A DNA stretch of 64,000 nucleotides from assembly GCA_035524935.1 (NCBI GenBank), contig DATLFD010000100.1, forward strand, positions 57,152 through 121,151, given 5' to 3'. The notes beneath the pieces were generated by a model. The model searched no databases, was not told where the DNA came from, and was given only the letters and a program-made list of their open reading frames with translations. This DNA is from Gammaproteobacteria bacterium. Its GTDB lineage: Bacteria; Pseudomonadota; Gammaproteobacteria; Steroidobacterales; JACDCP01. Position numbers and translations under genes: made by a program. Positions 18,440 through 26,273 of the stretch are shown piece after piece (position 1 is the stretch's first letter; each line of letters opens with the position of its first letter).

Positions 18440-19873
18440 TCAGCCCGCGCCGGGTCCGCCAGCGGGCGGCTGCCCGGTCGCAGGCAGCCACAAGGTCACC
18501 GCCGCCCCGCCCGAGCGGCGATTGGAGAGCTGCAGGCGGCCGCCGTGTGCCTCGACGATCTCCCGGCACAGCGGCAGGCCGAGACCCGTGCCGCTCTGCT
18601 TGGTCGAGTAGAACGGCAGCAATGCACTGTCGAGCACCTGCTCAGTCATGCCCTGGCCGCGGTCGAGAACGCGCATGCTCAGGCCGGCTGGCCGCGATTC
18701 GATCTCGAGCTCGATCGCAGCGGGCGGGGATCCCGACTCGTGCGCGTTCTTGAGCAGGTTGATGAGCACCTGCTGGATCTGCGCCGGGTCGAACCGGGCG
18801 CTCGCGGCCGGCGCGTCCCCTCGCAGCCGGAACGGCACCGTACGGCGCAACGTTTCCAGAAATGTCGGCCAGTCCACGCACTCGGGTCGCGGCTGCGGCA
18901 GCTTGGCGAAGCGCGCATATCCGTCGATGAACGAGCGCAGGTATTCGGAGCGCTCTTCGATGGTAGAGAAAATCGCGTCGAGAGAAAAAGGGGACATTCC
19001 TGATTTCGTCGTGAGAGAAAAAGGGGACATTCCTGATTTCGTCGTGCCGCCGACAGACCCCGATCCACTCATGTCGCCTTTTTCCCGCGCGATCTGCCGC
19101 CCGGAATGCGCGAGCGAGGCGATGGGCGCGAGCGAGTTGTTGAGCTCGTGGCCAATGATGCGGATGACCTTTTTCCAGATGGCTGCTTCCTGCCGTCCGA
19201 GCTCGCGCGTGAGCTCGCGTATCAGGTACAAATCGTGCGGCCGTGAATTGAGGACGAAGCGCCGTTGCGAGTAATGCCAGGTCTTACGCTCACCGTCGAC
19301 GACAGCGGTAAGCAGGCCGTCACCGAGCCGTTGCGCGATTTCGCGAAGCGGCTTCGGCGCCGACGCGAGAACCTGGGCGAAGCGCCTGCCTTCGAGCTTG
19401 CGACCTTCGTGGAGCAGGTGGCGCGCGGCAAGGTTGCTGTAAATTACATAGTCGCCCGGCGCTGTCAGCACAGTGGCGACGGGCGCGCTCTGTATCACCG
19501 TGTCGAGCAACAGCTCGCGCTGATGGATGCCGCGGCGTTCCTCACGCAGAACGCCGACCAGATCGTTGTAACTGCGCACCATGGCTTCGAGCTCGCGGTG
19601 GCGCGAGCCGGCGATGCCCACGCTGAAGTCGCCGTCGCGCAGGTTCGCAACGCCGTCCTCGAGCGCTCCCGCCAGCTTCGCGACGGGGGTGGCAAAGCGG
19701 CGCGCGCCGAACCATGCCAGCGGGAGGGTCAGGGCGAAGGCGCCGAGCGCGCCGAGCCACGCGCTGTCGAGCAGCACGGCGAGCGTGGCCGCGAGCGCGC
19801 CCGCGGCGACCGTGACCGCCGAGGCGAGGGCCAGCAGCTTCCCTTCCAGCGAAAACATTAATGGAACATTCAT
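18440..19873 (-). CDS. sensor histidine kinase (NtrB/AtoS-like: 2 TM, HAMP, PAS, HisKA, HATPase)
   Basis: H-box HELNNSLAPIASLAHSG. N box LLKNAHESG. G boxes DRGQGM and GTGLGLPLCREIV. The alternative start at 19858 is equally possible. Confidence 0.85.
   Translation of the reverse strand: MNVPLMFSLEGKLLALASAVTVAAGALAATLAVLLDSAWLGALGAFALTLPLAWFGARRFATPVAKLAGALEDGVANLRDGDFSVGIAGSRHRELEAMVRSYNDLVGVLREERRGIHQRELLLDTVIQSAPVATVLTAPGDYVIYSNLAARHLLHEGRKLEGRRFAQVLASAPKPLREIAQRLGDGLLTAVVDGERKTWHYSQRRFVLNSRPHDLYLIRELTRELGRQEAAIWKKVIRIIGHELNNSLAPIASLAHSGRQIAREKGDMSGSGSVGGTTKSGMSPFSLTTKSGMSPFSLDAIFSTIEERSEYLRSFIDGYARFAKLPQPRPECVDWPTFLETLRRTVPFRLRGDAPAASARFDPAQIQQVLINLLKNAHESGSPPAAIELEIESRPAGLSMRVLDRGQGMTEQVLDSALLPFYSTKQSGTGLGLPLCREIVEAHGGRLQLSNRRSGGAAVTLWLPATGQPPAGGPGAG
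18980..19086. repeat. low-GC palindromic element inserted in frame inside the kinase gene (includes a perfect 33-bp tandem duplication)
   Basis: Units 18980-19012 and 19013-19045 are identical (GAGAGAAAAAGGGGACATTCCTGATTTCGTCGT). An imperfect inverted arm, ATGTCGCCTTTTTCCC, lies at 19071-19086. The element encodes TTKSGMSPFSL twice, just after the H-box. Confidence 0.75.
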
Positions 19874-19946
19874 GGGGACATTCCTGATTTATTTCCGAAT
19901 GAAAGCCGTCGGCGCGACGCCACAGATAAATCAGGAATGTCCCCAT
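19872..19946. repeat. palindromic intergenic element (21-bp perfect inverted repeat, 33-bp spacer) sharing the GGGGACATTCCTGATTT core
   Basis: ATGGGGACATTCCTGATTTAT (19872-19892) is the exact reverse complement of 19926-19946. It fills the regulator-kinase intergenic gap. Confidence 0.8.
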
Positions 19947-19950
19947 TAAT

Positions 19951-21270
19951 CTAGCGGATGCCGAACTTGTCCATGCGCCGGTAAAGGGCCTGCCGGCTCA
20001 CCCCCAGCTCACGGGCTGCCTCGGCGACTACGCCGCGGGCGTGCTCGAGCGCGGTCTGCACGGCTTCGCGGCTCGGCGCTTCGGCGCGCACAGCCCGCGG
20101 CTCGATCCCAAGATGCGGCGTCCCCAGCCGGCCATCCGGCGCGAGCAGCATCGCGCGGCGGATCGTGTTCTCGAGCTCCCGGACGTTGCCCGGCCAGTCG
20201 TAGGCCAGCAGCGCCCGCTCCGCTGCCGGCTCGATGCTGAAGCCCTGCTGCAGGAAATGACGTGCGAGGGGCAGGATGTCCTCGCGGCGCTCCGCGAGCG
20301 GCAGAATCTCGAGCTCGATGACATTGAGGCGATAATAGAGATCCTCGCGAAAGGTCCCGGCGGCGATTTCGGCCTCCAGGTCGCTGTTGGTGGCCGCGAT
20401 GACCCGTACACGCACACGACGCGTGCGGCTGCTGCCCAGACGCTCGTACTCACCGCTCTGCAGCACGCGCAGCAGCTTCACCTGACCGTCGGGCGGGAGG
20501 TTGCCGATCTCGTCGAGAAACAGGGTGCCGCCGTCGGCAGCCTCGAAACGCCCGGTGCGGCTCCTGGCCGCCCCTGTGAATGCGCCGGCCTCCGCACCGA
20601 AGAGCTCCGCCGCGACCAGATCGGCAGGCAGCGCGCCGGCATTCACCTTCACGTAAGGACCGGCCGCGCACGACGAGTTGGCCTGCAGGATGTCGGCGAT
20701 CTTTTCCTTGCCGGCCCCGTTCGCGCCCCGGATGAGCACGGGCACATCCGCGTGCGCGATGCGCGTCGCGAGCGACACGAGCTGAAGCATGTCGTCGCTC
20801 TCGAAGACCATGCCGCGCAGGTCGAACTCAGCGGCGAGCTTCTCACGTGCCCGCCGCCGCGCGTCGCTAAGGCGCTGTGACTCGCGCTCGGCCGCACGCA
20901 GCCTCAGCAGGTTGCGCGCCGTCGTCAGCAGCCGGTCGTTGTCCCAGGGCTTGCCCAGGTAATCGGCGGCGCCCGCTTTGACGAGCTCCACGGCGGTCTC
21001 GAGATGCGTCCACGCGGTGAGCAAAACGATCGGCACGCCGGGATGCCGCTCGCGAATGCGATGGAAGAGCGCGACCCCCTCCTCGCCCGAGGTCGTATCC
21101 CCGGCGAAATTCATGTCCTGGATGACGAGGTCGACGTCCTCGCGGCGCAGCACGTCGAGTCCCTCGCCGGGCGACCCGGCGCTCAGCACGCGTAGGCCGT
21201 TCAGCTCGAAGAGTACCTCGAGCGCGGTGCGCACGCCGCGCGCGTCATCGATGACCAGGACGGTTTGCAT
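19951..21270 (-). CDS. sigma54-dependent response regulator (NtrC family)
   Basis: REC domain (VLVIDDA...DLVIQDMNF). AAA+ domain with Walker A GANGAGKE and GAFTGA. C-terminal HTH ([18 protein letters not shown]). Confidence 0.9.
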   Translation of the reverse strand: MQTVLVIDDARGVRTALEVLFELNGLRVLSAGSPGEGLDVLRREDVDLVIQDMNFAGDTTSGEEGVALFHRIRERHPGVPIVLLTAWTHLETAVELVKAGAADYLGKPWDNDRLLTTARNLLRLRAAERESQRLSDARRRAREKLAAEFDLRGMVFESDDMLQLVSLATRIAHADVPVLIRGANGAGKEKIADILQANSSCAAGPYVKVNAGALPADLVAAELFGAEAGAFTGAARSRTGRFEAADGGTLFLDEIGNLPPDGQVKLLRVLQSGEYERLGSSRTRRVRVRVIAATNSDLEAEIAAGTFREDLYYRLNVIELEILPLAERREDILPLARHFLQQGFSIEPAAERALLAYDWPGNVRELENTIRRAMLLAPDGRLGTPHLGIEPRAVRAEAPSREAVQTALEHARGVVAEAARELGVSRQALYRRMDKFGIR

Positions 21271-21339
21271 GTACCTGAAAGGATCCGGACCCCCGCGGGA
21301 TTGTAGCGCCGCCGCGAAAAGAGGGTCACTCCCCGACGC

Positions 21340-22545
21340 TCAGACCGTGCGCGTGGCGATGGCCGGCGCAATGGAGGCGGCGCGTCTCGCGGGACCGAGC
21401 ACGGCGAGCAGCCCGAGCAGCCACAGCGCGGCGATGCCGAGCGGAATATAGACGATCTCGAGCTTCGGCAGCTCGAAAGTGCGCACCAGCCAGAGGTTGA
21501 GCGCCACGGCAAGCGCGCTGCCCAGCGCGACGCCACCGGTCGTGATCAGCCAGTTCTCGACCATGAAGTAGCGGATGATGTCCGGCCGGCTCGCGCCGAT
21601 GGCGCGCCGGGTGCCGATCTGCTTGGTGCGGCTTTTCACGCTGAAGCTCGCGAGTCCCACGATGCCGAGCGCCGTGACGGCGATGAGCAGCGCGATCACC
21701 GTGGTGAGCAGTATGGCCATGGCGCGATCGGCGCCATAGCTGTCCGAGGCGATTTCCTCGAGCGAACGCACCCCGCGCACGACGCGCTGCGGATCCAGCG
21801 CGGTGAGCTTCTGCTCCACCACTGCCATGACCTCGTCGCGGCGGCCGGGCTCGGTGCGCACGGCGTAGCGCACGAAATTGCCGTCATAGATCTGCGGGCG
21901 CAGCACCACTTCGTCAACACGTTCCGCGTCCACCCACGAGCCGTGCATGTGCTCGACGATGCCGATGATGGCCTGCGGCTGCCCGAGGCCGTCGTAGACA
22001 GTCGCGCCGAGCGCGTTGCCGTTCGGGAACAGCCGCTTTGCGAGCACATCAGTAACGATGATGGATGCGGGCAGCTTGCCGCTGGTCGACTCGTAGAAGT
22101 CGACGTCCTCCGGCCTGAAATCGCGGCCGGCCACGAGCTTGACACCGAGCGTTTCCAGGCCCTGCTCGTCGATCGTGAAGTAGTTGGCGGCCACGCGCGA
22201 TTCGTCCTGCCCCGCTTCGACGTAGTGCTCGGTCGCGCTGCCGCCGCCGCTCAGGGGCATGGAGCCGATTGCCGTCGCGGCACGCACGCCCGGAAGGCCA
22301 CGCAGGAGCTCGAGGTCGGCGCGCACGCGCTCGCGGAAGCTGACGTGCTCGGCAAAGTCGACGCTCTGCACCTGAAAGATGTGGGCGACGTCGAGGCCGG
22401 TGGGGCGGCCGATTAGATCGAGGCGCTGCTTGATGATGTGCGCCGCATTGGTGACGACGGCCAGGGTCACCGCGATCTGCAACGCGATGAGCACGGCGCC
22501 GGTCTTGTTGCGCAACATGGCGCTCAGGATGGGGCGGATTTCCAC
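21340..22545 (-). CDS. FtsX/MacB-type ABC transporter permease
   Basis: GTG at 22545 (VEIRPILSAMLRNK) is preceded by AGGAG at 8 nt. The track start at 22605 would overlap the upstream gene. Confidence 0.8.
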   Translation of the reverse strand: MEIRPILSAMLRNKTGAVLIALQIAVTLAVVTNAAHIIKQRLDLIGRPTGLDVAHIFQVQSVDFAEHVSFRERVRADLELLRGLPGVRAATAIGSMPLSGGGSATEHYVEAGQDESRVAANYFTIDEQGLETLGVKLVAGRDFRPEDVDFYESTSGKLPASIIVTDVLAKRLFPNGNALGATVYDGLGQPQAIIGIVEHMHGSWVDAERVDEVVLRPQIYDGNFVRYAVRTEPGRRDEVMAVVEQKLTALDPQRVVRGVRSLEEIASDSYGADRAMAILLTTVIALLIAVTALGIVGLASFSVKSRTKQIGTRRAIGASRPDIIRYFMVENWLITTGGVALGSALAVALNLWLVRTFELPKLEIVYIPLGIAALWLLGLLAVLGPARRAASIAPAIATRTV

Positions 22546-22556
22546 GGCGGCGGCTC

Positions 22557-23873
22557 CTATTGGGTCTTCAGATGGGCGGCCGGCGGCACGCTGCATGCGC
22601 GCCAAGTCGGGTAGATGCCGGCGATGAGGCTCGCGGCCAGCGCGATCAGGATCGCCACTCCGACCAGGAACGGATCCAGGCGTGCGAGCCGTTCGTAATC
22701 ATCGATGATGAGCCGCACGCCAGCGAGCCCGGCGACGGCCAACCCGAGGCCCAGCAGGCCCCCGGCAACGCCGATCATACCGATCTCGACCAGGTGCTGG
22801 AGGAAGGTCGTGCCGCGGCTGGCGCCGAGCGCGCGCCGCAGCGAGATCTGCGGCGCTTTACCGGCGAACTTCGCCAGCAGCAGCCCCACCGTGTTCAGCA
22901 GGCAAACGGCCAGGAACATGAATGCGAGCCCGACGAGCACGCGATTATCGTCCTGCACGACCCTGCGGACGTCGAGCCAGTCGCGTGCGGAGGTCAGGCG
23001 GTTGTTGAGGGGACGCTCGAACCGGCCGAGCCGCTGCTGCTCGCGCGCGTAATTGTCCAGGAAGGCCTGATATTCCTCGACCTGCGTGGGCGAGTCGAGC
23101 TCGACCCAGTACTGGATCCACACGCATTCGGAGTTCAGGAAGTCGGCGAACGAGTCTATCGGTTCGTTCTTCCAGCAATTCACGTTCCCGGTGCTCTCCG
23201 CCTCCAATGTCTCGGTCAGCGAGAAGGGGATGTAGACGTCCTCGGGATCGTTGAACGGCCCGTTGTTGAGGTCGTAAACCTTCGGCACCGGCGCCCAGTC
23301 GTCCAGCACGCCGACGACCTCGAAATACCGTTCACCGATGAGCAGCTTGCGGCCGACGCTGTTTTCACCGCCGAACATTTCCTCGTTCTTCTCCTTGCTG
23401 AGCACGATGACCGGTCGCTCCGCCTGGTCGGCCTCGCGCGTCCACGCACTGCCGAACGCGAACGGCACATCGAACAGGGAGAAGAAATCCGAGTCGGTCA
23501 GACGGGTGATTACGAAGGAGGGGCTGATGCCCTCCGCCTCCGGACGCGTGGCGAAAGTGGAAATGAACATCGCCGCGCGCCGCGCGGCTATGTCGGACTC
23601 GCGCAACACCATGGCGTCGCGCCAGGTCAGCTCCCAGGGCGCCTGCTCCGGACGAGCGTCGATGAACGGCGCGTTCACGTCCCAGCTGTCGAGCTGCACG
23701 GCATAGACCCGGTCGCTCTTGTGCGCTATGGGATCGGCCGACATCAGGTGATATACGGTGAGTGCCGTCATGCACACGCCGATGCCGAGTCCGATCGCGG
23801 CGACCATCAGCGCGCTCAGGATCGGATTGCGCCGCAGGCTGAGCAGCGCCAGTTTCAGGTAGTAGTGAAGCAT
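22557..23873 (-). CDS. FtsX/MacB-type ABC transporter permease
   Basis: Starts MLHYYLKLALLSLRRNPILS. Large periplasmic domain between TM1 and TM2, then a C-terminal FtsX 3-TM bundle. Confidence 0.85.
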   Translation of the reverse strand: MLHYYLKLALLSLRRNPILSALMVAAIGLGIGVCMTALTVYHLMSADPIAHKSDRVYAVQLDSWDVNAPFIDARPEQAPWELTWRDAMVLRESDIAARRAAMFISTFATRPEAEGISPSFVITRLTDSDFFSLFDVPFAFGSAWTREADQAERPVIVLSKEKNEEMFGGENSVGRKLLIGERYFEVVGVLDDWAPVPKVYDLNNGPFNDPEDVYIPFSLTETLEAESTGNVNCWKNEPIDSFADFLNSECVWIQYWVELDSPTQVEEYQAFLDNYAREQQRLGRFERPLNNRLTSARDWLDVRRVVQDDNRVLVGLAFMFLAVCLLNTVGLLLAKFAGKAPQISLRRALGASRGTTFLQHLVEIGMIGVAGGLLGLGLAVAGLAGVRLIIDDYERLARLDPFLVGVAILIALAASLIAGIYPTWRACSVPPAAHLKTQ

Positions 23874-23884
23874 TTGGCGCTCCG

Positions 23885-24598
23885 TCAGGCCGTTGCGCGT
23901 GCCTCGATCGCTACTGCCGGCGGATCGAAGGGCTCGAGATCGGATACCTTGCCGTCCATGATGTGGATGCTGCGCTGCGCCCGCCGTGCAAGCTCCGGAT
24001 CGTGCGTAACCATGACGATGGTCGTGCCGCGCGAGTTGATGTCCTCGATGAGTTCGAGGATCTGCCTCGCCATCAGCGAGTCCAGATTGCCGGTCGGCTC
24101 ATCCGCCAGCAGGATGCGCGGACCACCCGCGAGCGCGCGCGCGATCGCCACGCGCTGCTGCTGCCCCCCGGAGAGCTGCGCCGGAATGTGCTTCCTGCGC
24201 GAGCCCAGGCCCACCAGATCGAGCGTGCTCTCTATGCGCTGGCGCCGTTCGGCGGCGCCGAAGCCGCGATAACGCAACGGCACGTCGACGTTGTCGAATA
24301 CGTTCAAGTCCGGGATCAGGTTGAAGCCCTGGAAGATGAAGCCGATTTTCTCGTTGCGCACGCGCGAGCGCTGCCGGTCGCTCAAAGCGCTCACGTCCTG
24401 GCCGTCGAGCAGGTAGCCGCCGCCGTCGAAGGTCTCGAGCAGGCCGGCGATATTGAGGAAGGTTGTCTTGCCGGATCCCGACGGGCCGGTGACGGCGATG
24501 AACTCGCCTTCCCGCACGTGCACGCTGAAATCGCGCAGGGCGTGCGTCTCGACGAGCTCGGTGCGGTAGATCTTGCTGACGTGATGCATCTTGAGCAT
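23885..24598 (-). CDS. ABC transporter ATP-binding protein (MacB/LolD-like)
   Basis: Real start MLKMHHVSKIYR. Walker A GPSGSGKTT, signature LSGGQQQR, Walker [12 protein letters not shown]. The upstream part of the track ORF is REP sequence. Confidence 0.9.
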   Translation of the reverse strand: MLKMHHVSKIYRTELVETHALRDFSVHVREGEFIAVTGPSGSGKTTFLNIAGLLETFDGGGYLLDGQDVSALSDRQRSRVRNEKIGFIFQGFNLIPDLNVFDNVDVPLRYRGFGAAERRQRIESTLDLVGLGSRRKHIPAQLSGGQQQRVAIARALAGGPRILLADEPTGNLDSLMARQILELIEDINSRGTTIVMVTHDPELARRAQRSIHIMDGKVSDLEPFDPPAVAIEARATA

Positions 24599-24610
24599 GA
24601 AACTATTCCT

Positions 24611-24729
24611 CTTAGATGGCGGGTTGAAACCCGCCCTACCAATGGCGGGTTGAAACCCGCCCTGCGGCGCCTTGTGCGTGACCGAATTCATTCGACGGCG
24701 CTGCAATGGCGGGTTCAAACCCGCCCTAC
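24611..24729. repeat. REP cluster: three type A hairpins (GGCGGGTT[G/C]AAACCCGCC-CT[A/G]C) plus one degenerate type B
   Basis: Type A copies at 24618-24639, 24644-24665 and 24708-24729. A type B-like copy lies at 24680-24696. The cluster sits between the adaptor and ATPase genes of one operon. Confidence 0.85.
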
Positions 24730-26045
24730 TCGTTGACGAGCACGCGGGCAGCGCCTTCGAAGGCGGTGGTATCCGAGACGATGACGGTGTCACCGGCCTC
24801 GAGGCCGCGCAAGATTTCCACCTCGCCGACGCTGACCGCGCCTATGGCGATGTCACGGCGCGTCGCCATGCCGTCGGCGAGCACATAGGCGACGCGGCCG
24901 CCGCCGCTGTCGAGAAAGGCGCCGCGCGCGAGCTTGAGGGCGTCGTCCTTGGCCTCGAGGATGACGCGCGCGGAGACGCGCTGGTTCTGGCGCAAGCCGT
25001 CCGGCACTTCGCCCGCGAAACGAATGCGGCCGGTGACCTGGTTGTTCTGGATCTCCGGGGAGATCGCAGTGACCGTCGCCGGGTAGGTATCGCGGCCGTA
25101 GCTCACTTCGGCTTCCTGCCCGATCGCGAGGTCGTCCCCGTAGCTTTCGGGCACGCGGATCTCGATCTCGAAGGCCGACAGGTCGACCACCGTCAGCAGG
25201 GGCTGGTTGATCTGCACGTTCGCCTTCTGCGCCACCGCGAGGTTGCCGACGAGCCCGTCGACCGGCGACTTGACGGCCAGCGCGTCCACTTTCCGCTCGA
25301 GATTGGCGACCAGCAGACGCTGGCGGTCCCTGAGCAGCGCCGTGGTCTTAAGCTCGAACTCGAGCGTTTCTTTCTCGAGTGCCGCATTCTGCTTGGCGTG
25401 CTCGAATCGCAGCCGCGCGGTCGACAGGTCGTCGCGGGCCTCCTCGTAGTCGCGCTCGCTGATGACCTGGTGCTCGAACGACGCCTCGGCACGGCGCAGC
25501 TCGCGGTCCGCGGCTTCGATCTCGACTTGCGCGAGATCGATGATCTGCTGGTTCGCGAATTGTTGCTTCTTGGTCTCGATGCCCTGGCGATCCAGGTCGA
25601 TCTGAAGGGACTGCAAGGTGGCCCGCTCGCGCTCCAGCTCGTTGGTCAGCTCGGGGCTGTCGAGGGTCGCGAGCGGCTCGTCCCTGGCCACGCGCTCGCC
25701 GGCCTGCACGGTGAACGTCACCGTGCCCGGCGCGGGCGCGTACAGCGTGGGGCTCACGGCCGCGACCACCGTGCCCGACACGGAGACGTCGCGCACGAAC
25801 GGCCCCCGCTCGACCCTGGCGAGGCGCAGGCGCTCGCCGGCGACGGCGACTTCCGCCTCCGAATAGGCTCGCCAGGCCGGCCAGGTGAGCAGCGCGGCGG
25901 CGACGAGCACGGCCGCTGCCGCGAGGGCGACGATCAGCCGCCGGCGGCGTCGCGGTGCCGGGTCGAGCGGCGTGTCCTGGCCGGAGGTGTCCTTGATCGA
26001 GGCAGGCATACGCTTCTCGCGGCGAGGCAGGGTGGCAACGGGCAT
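24726..26045 (-). CDS. HlyD/MacA-type periplasmic adaptor (membrane fusion protein)
   Basis: N-terminal TM (LIVALAAAAVLVAAALL), coiled-coil hairpin, beta-barrel region. The alternative start at 26009 is possible. Confidence 0.85.
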   Translation of the reverse strand: MPVATLPRREKRMPASIKDTSGQDTPLDPAPRRRRRLIVALAAAAVLVAAALLTWPAWRAYSEAEVAVAGERLRLARVERGPFVRDVSVSGTVVAAVSPTLYAPAPGTVTFTVQAGERVARDEPLATLDSPELTNELERERATLQSLQIDLDRQGIETKKQQFANQQIIDLAQVEIEAADRELRRAEASFEHQVISERDYEEARDDLSTARLRFEHAKQNAALEKETLEFELKTTALLRDRQRLLVANLERKVDALAVKSPVDGLVGNLAVAQKANVQINQPLLTVVDLSAFEIEIRVPESYGDDLAIGQEAEVSYGRDTYPATVTAISPEIQNNQVTGRIRFAGEVPDGLRQNQRVSARVILEAKDDALKLARGAFLDSGGGRVAYVLADGMATRRDIAIGAVSVGEVEILRGLEAGDTVIVSDTTAFEGAARVLVNE

Positions 26046-26088
26046 GCGCTCTCCGGTTCACCGGCGATGGCCGGCTCGCAAGGCGCAT

Positions 26089-26104
26089 TGCACGGCCTGT
26101 GCCA
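26089..26104 (-). promoter_or_regulatory. sigma54 (-24/-12) promoter upstream of the adaptor/ABC/two-component operon
   Basis: The minus strand reads TGGCAC-AGGCC-GTGCA, which has the GG-N10-GC spacing. It lies about 45-80 nt upstream of the candidate starts. Confidence 0.55.
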
Positions 26105-26214
26105 GCGCGGTCCGGTATGCCAACGCATTGATTTTTCGGAAAAACCTGGCAACAAGACGCAGGTCGCGCTTGTCCGCGGCCGGACACCGGACACCCGCGG
26201 ACAACTTATCCACA

Positions 26215-26240
26215 GGGGTCGGATCCAAGGATCCGACCCC
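26215..26240. promoter_or_regulatory. perfect 26-bp palindrome, candidate enhancer-binding-protein site
   Basis: GGGGTCGGATCC-AA-GGATCCGACCCC. It lies about 110-135 bp upstream of the sigma54 promoter. It could equally be a gshA 3' hairpin. Confidence 0.35.
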
Positions 26241-26250
26241 CTTAAGCACT

Positions 26251-26273
26251 GGCGGGCTGAAGCCCGCCCTACG
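26251..26273. repeat. REP type A variant (GGCGGGCTGAAGCCCGCC-CTACG)
   Basis: Same hairpin-plus-CTAC architecture as the other type A copies. It abuts the gshA stop codon. Confidence 0.75.

Noticed and set aside
26147-26163. Plus-strand TGGCAA-N5-CGCA resembling a sigma54 promoter
   Set aside because: It points toward the 3' end of the minus-strand gshA, with no plus-strand gene to drive, and it departs from the consensus at -12. The minus-strand TGGCAC-N5-GTGCA at 26104-26089 fits the operon instead.
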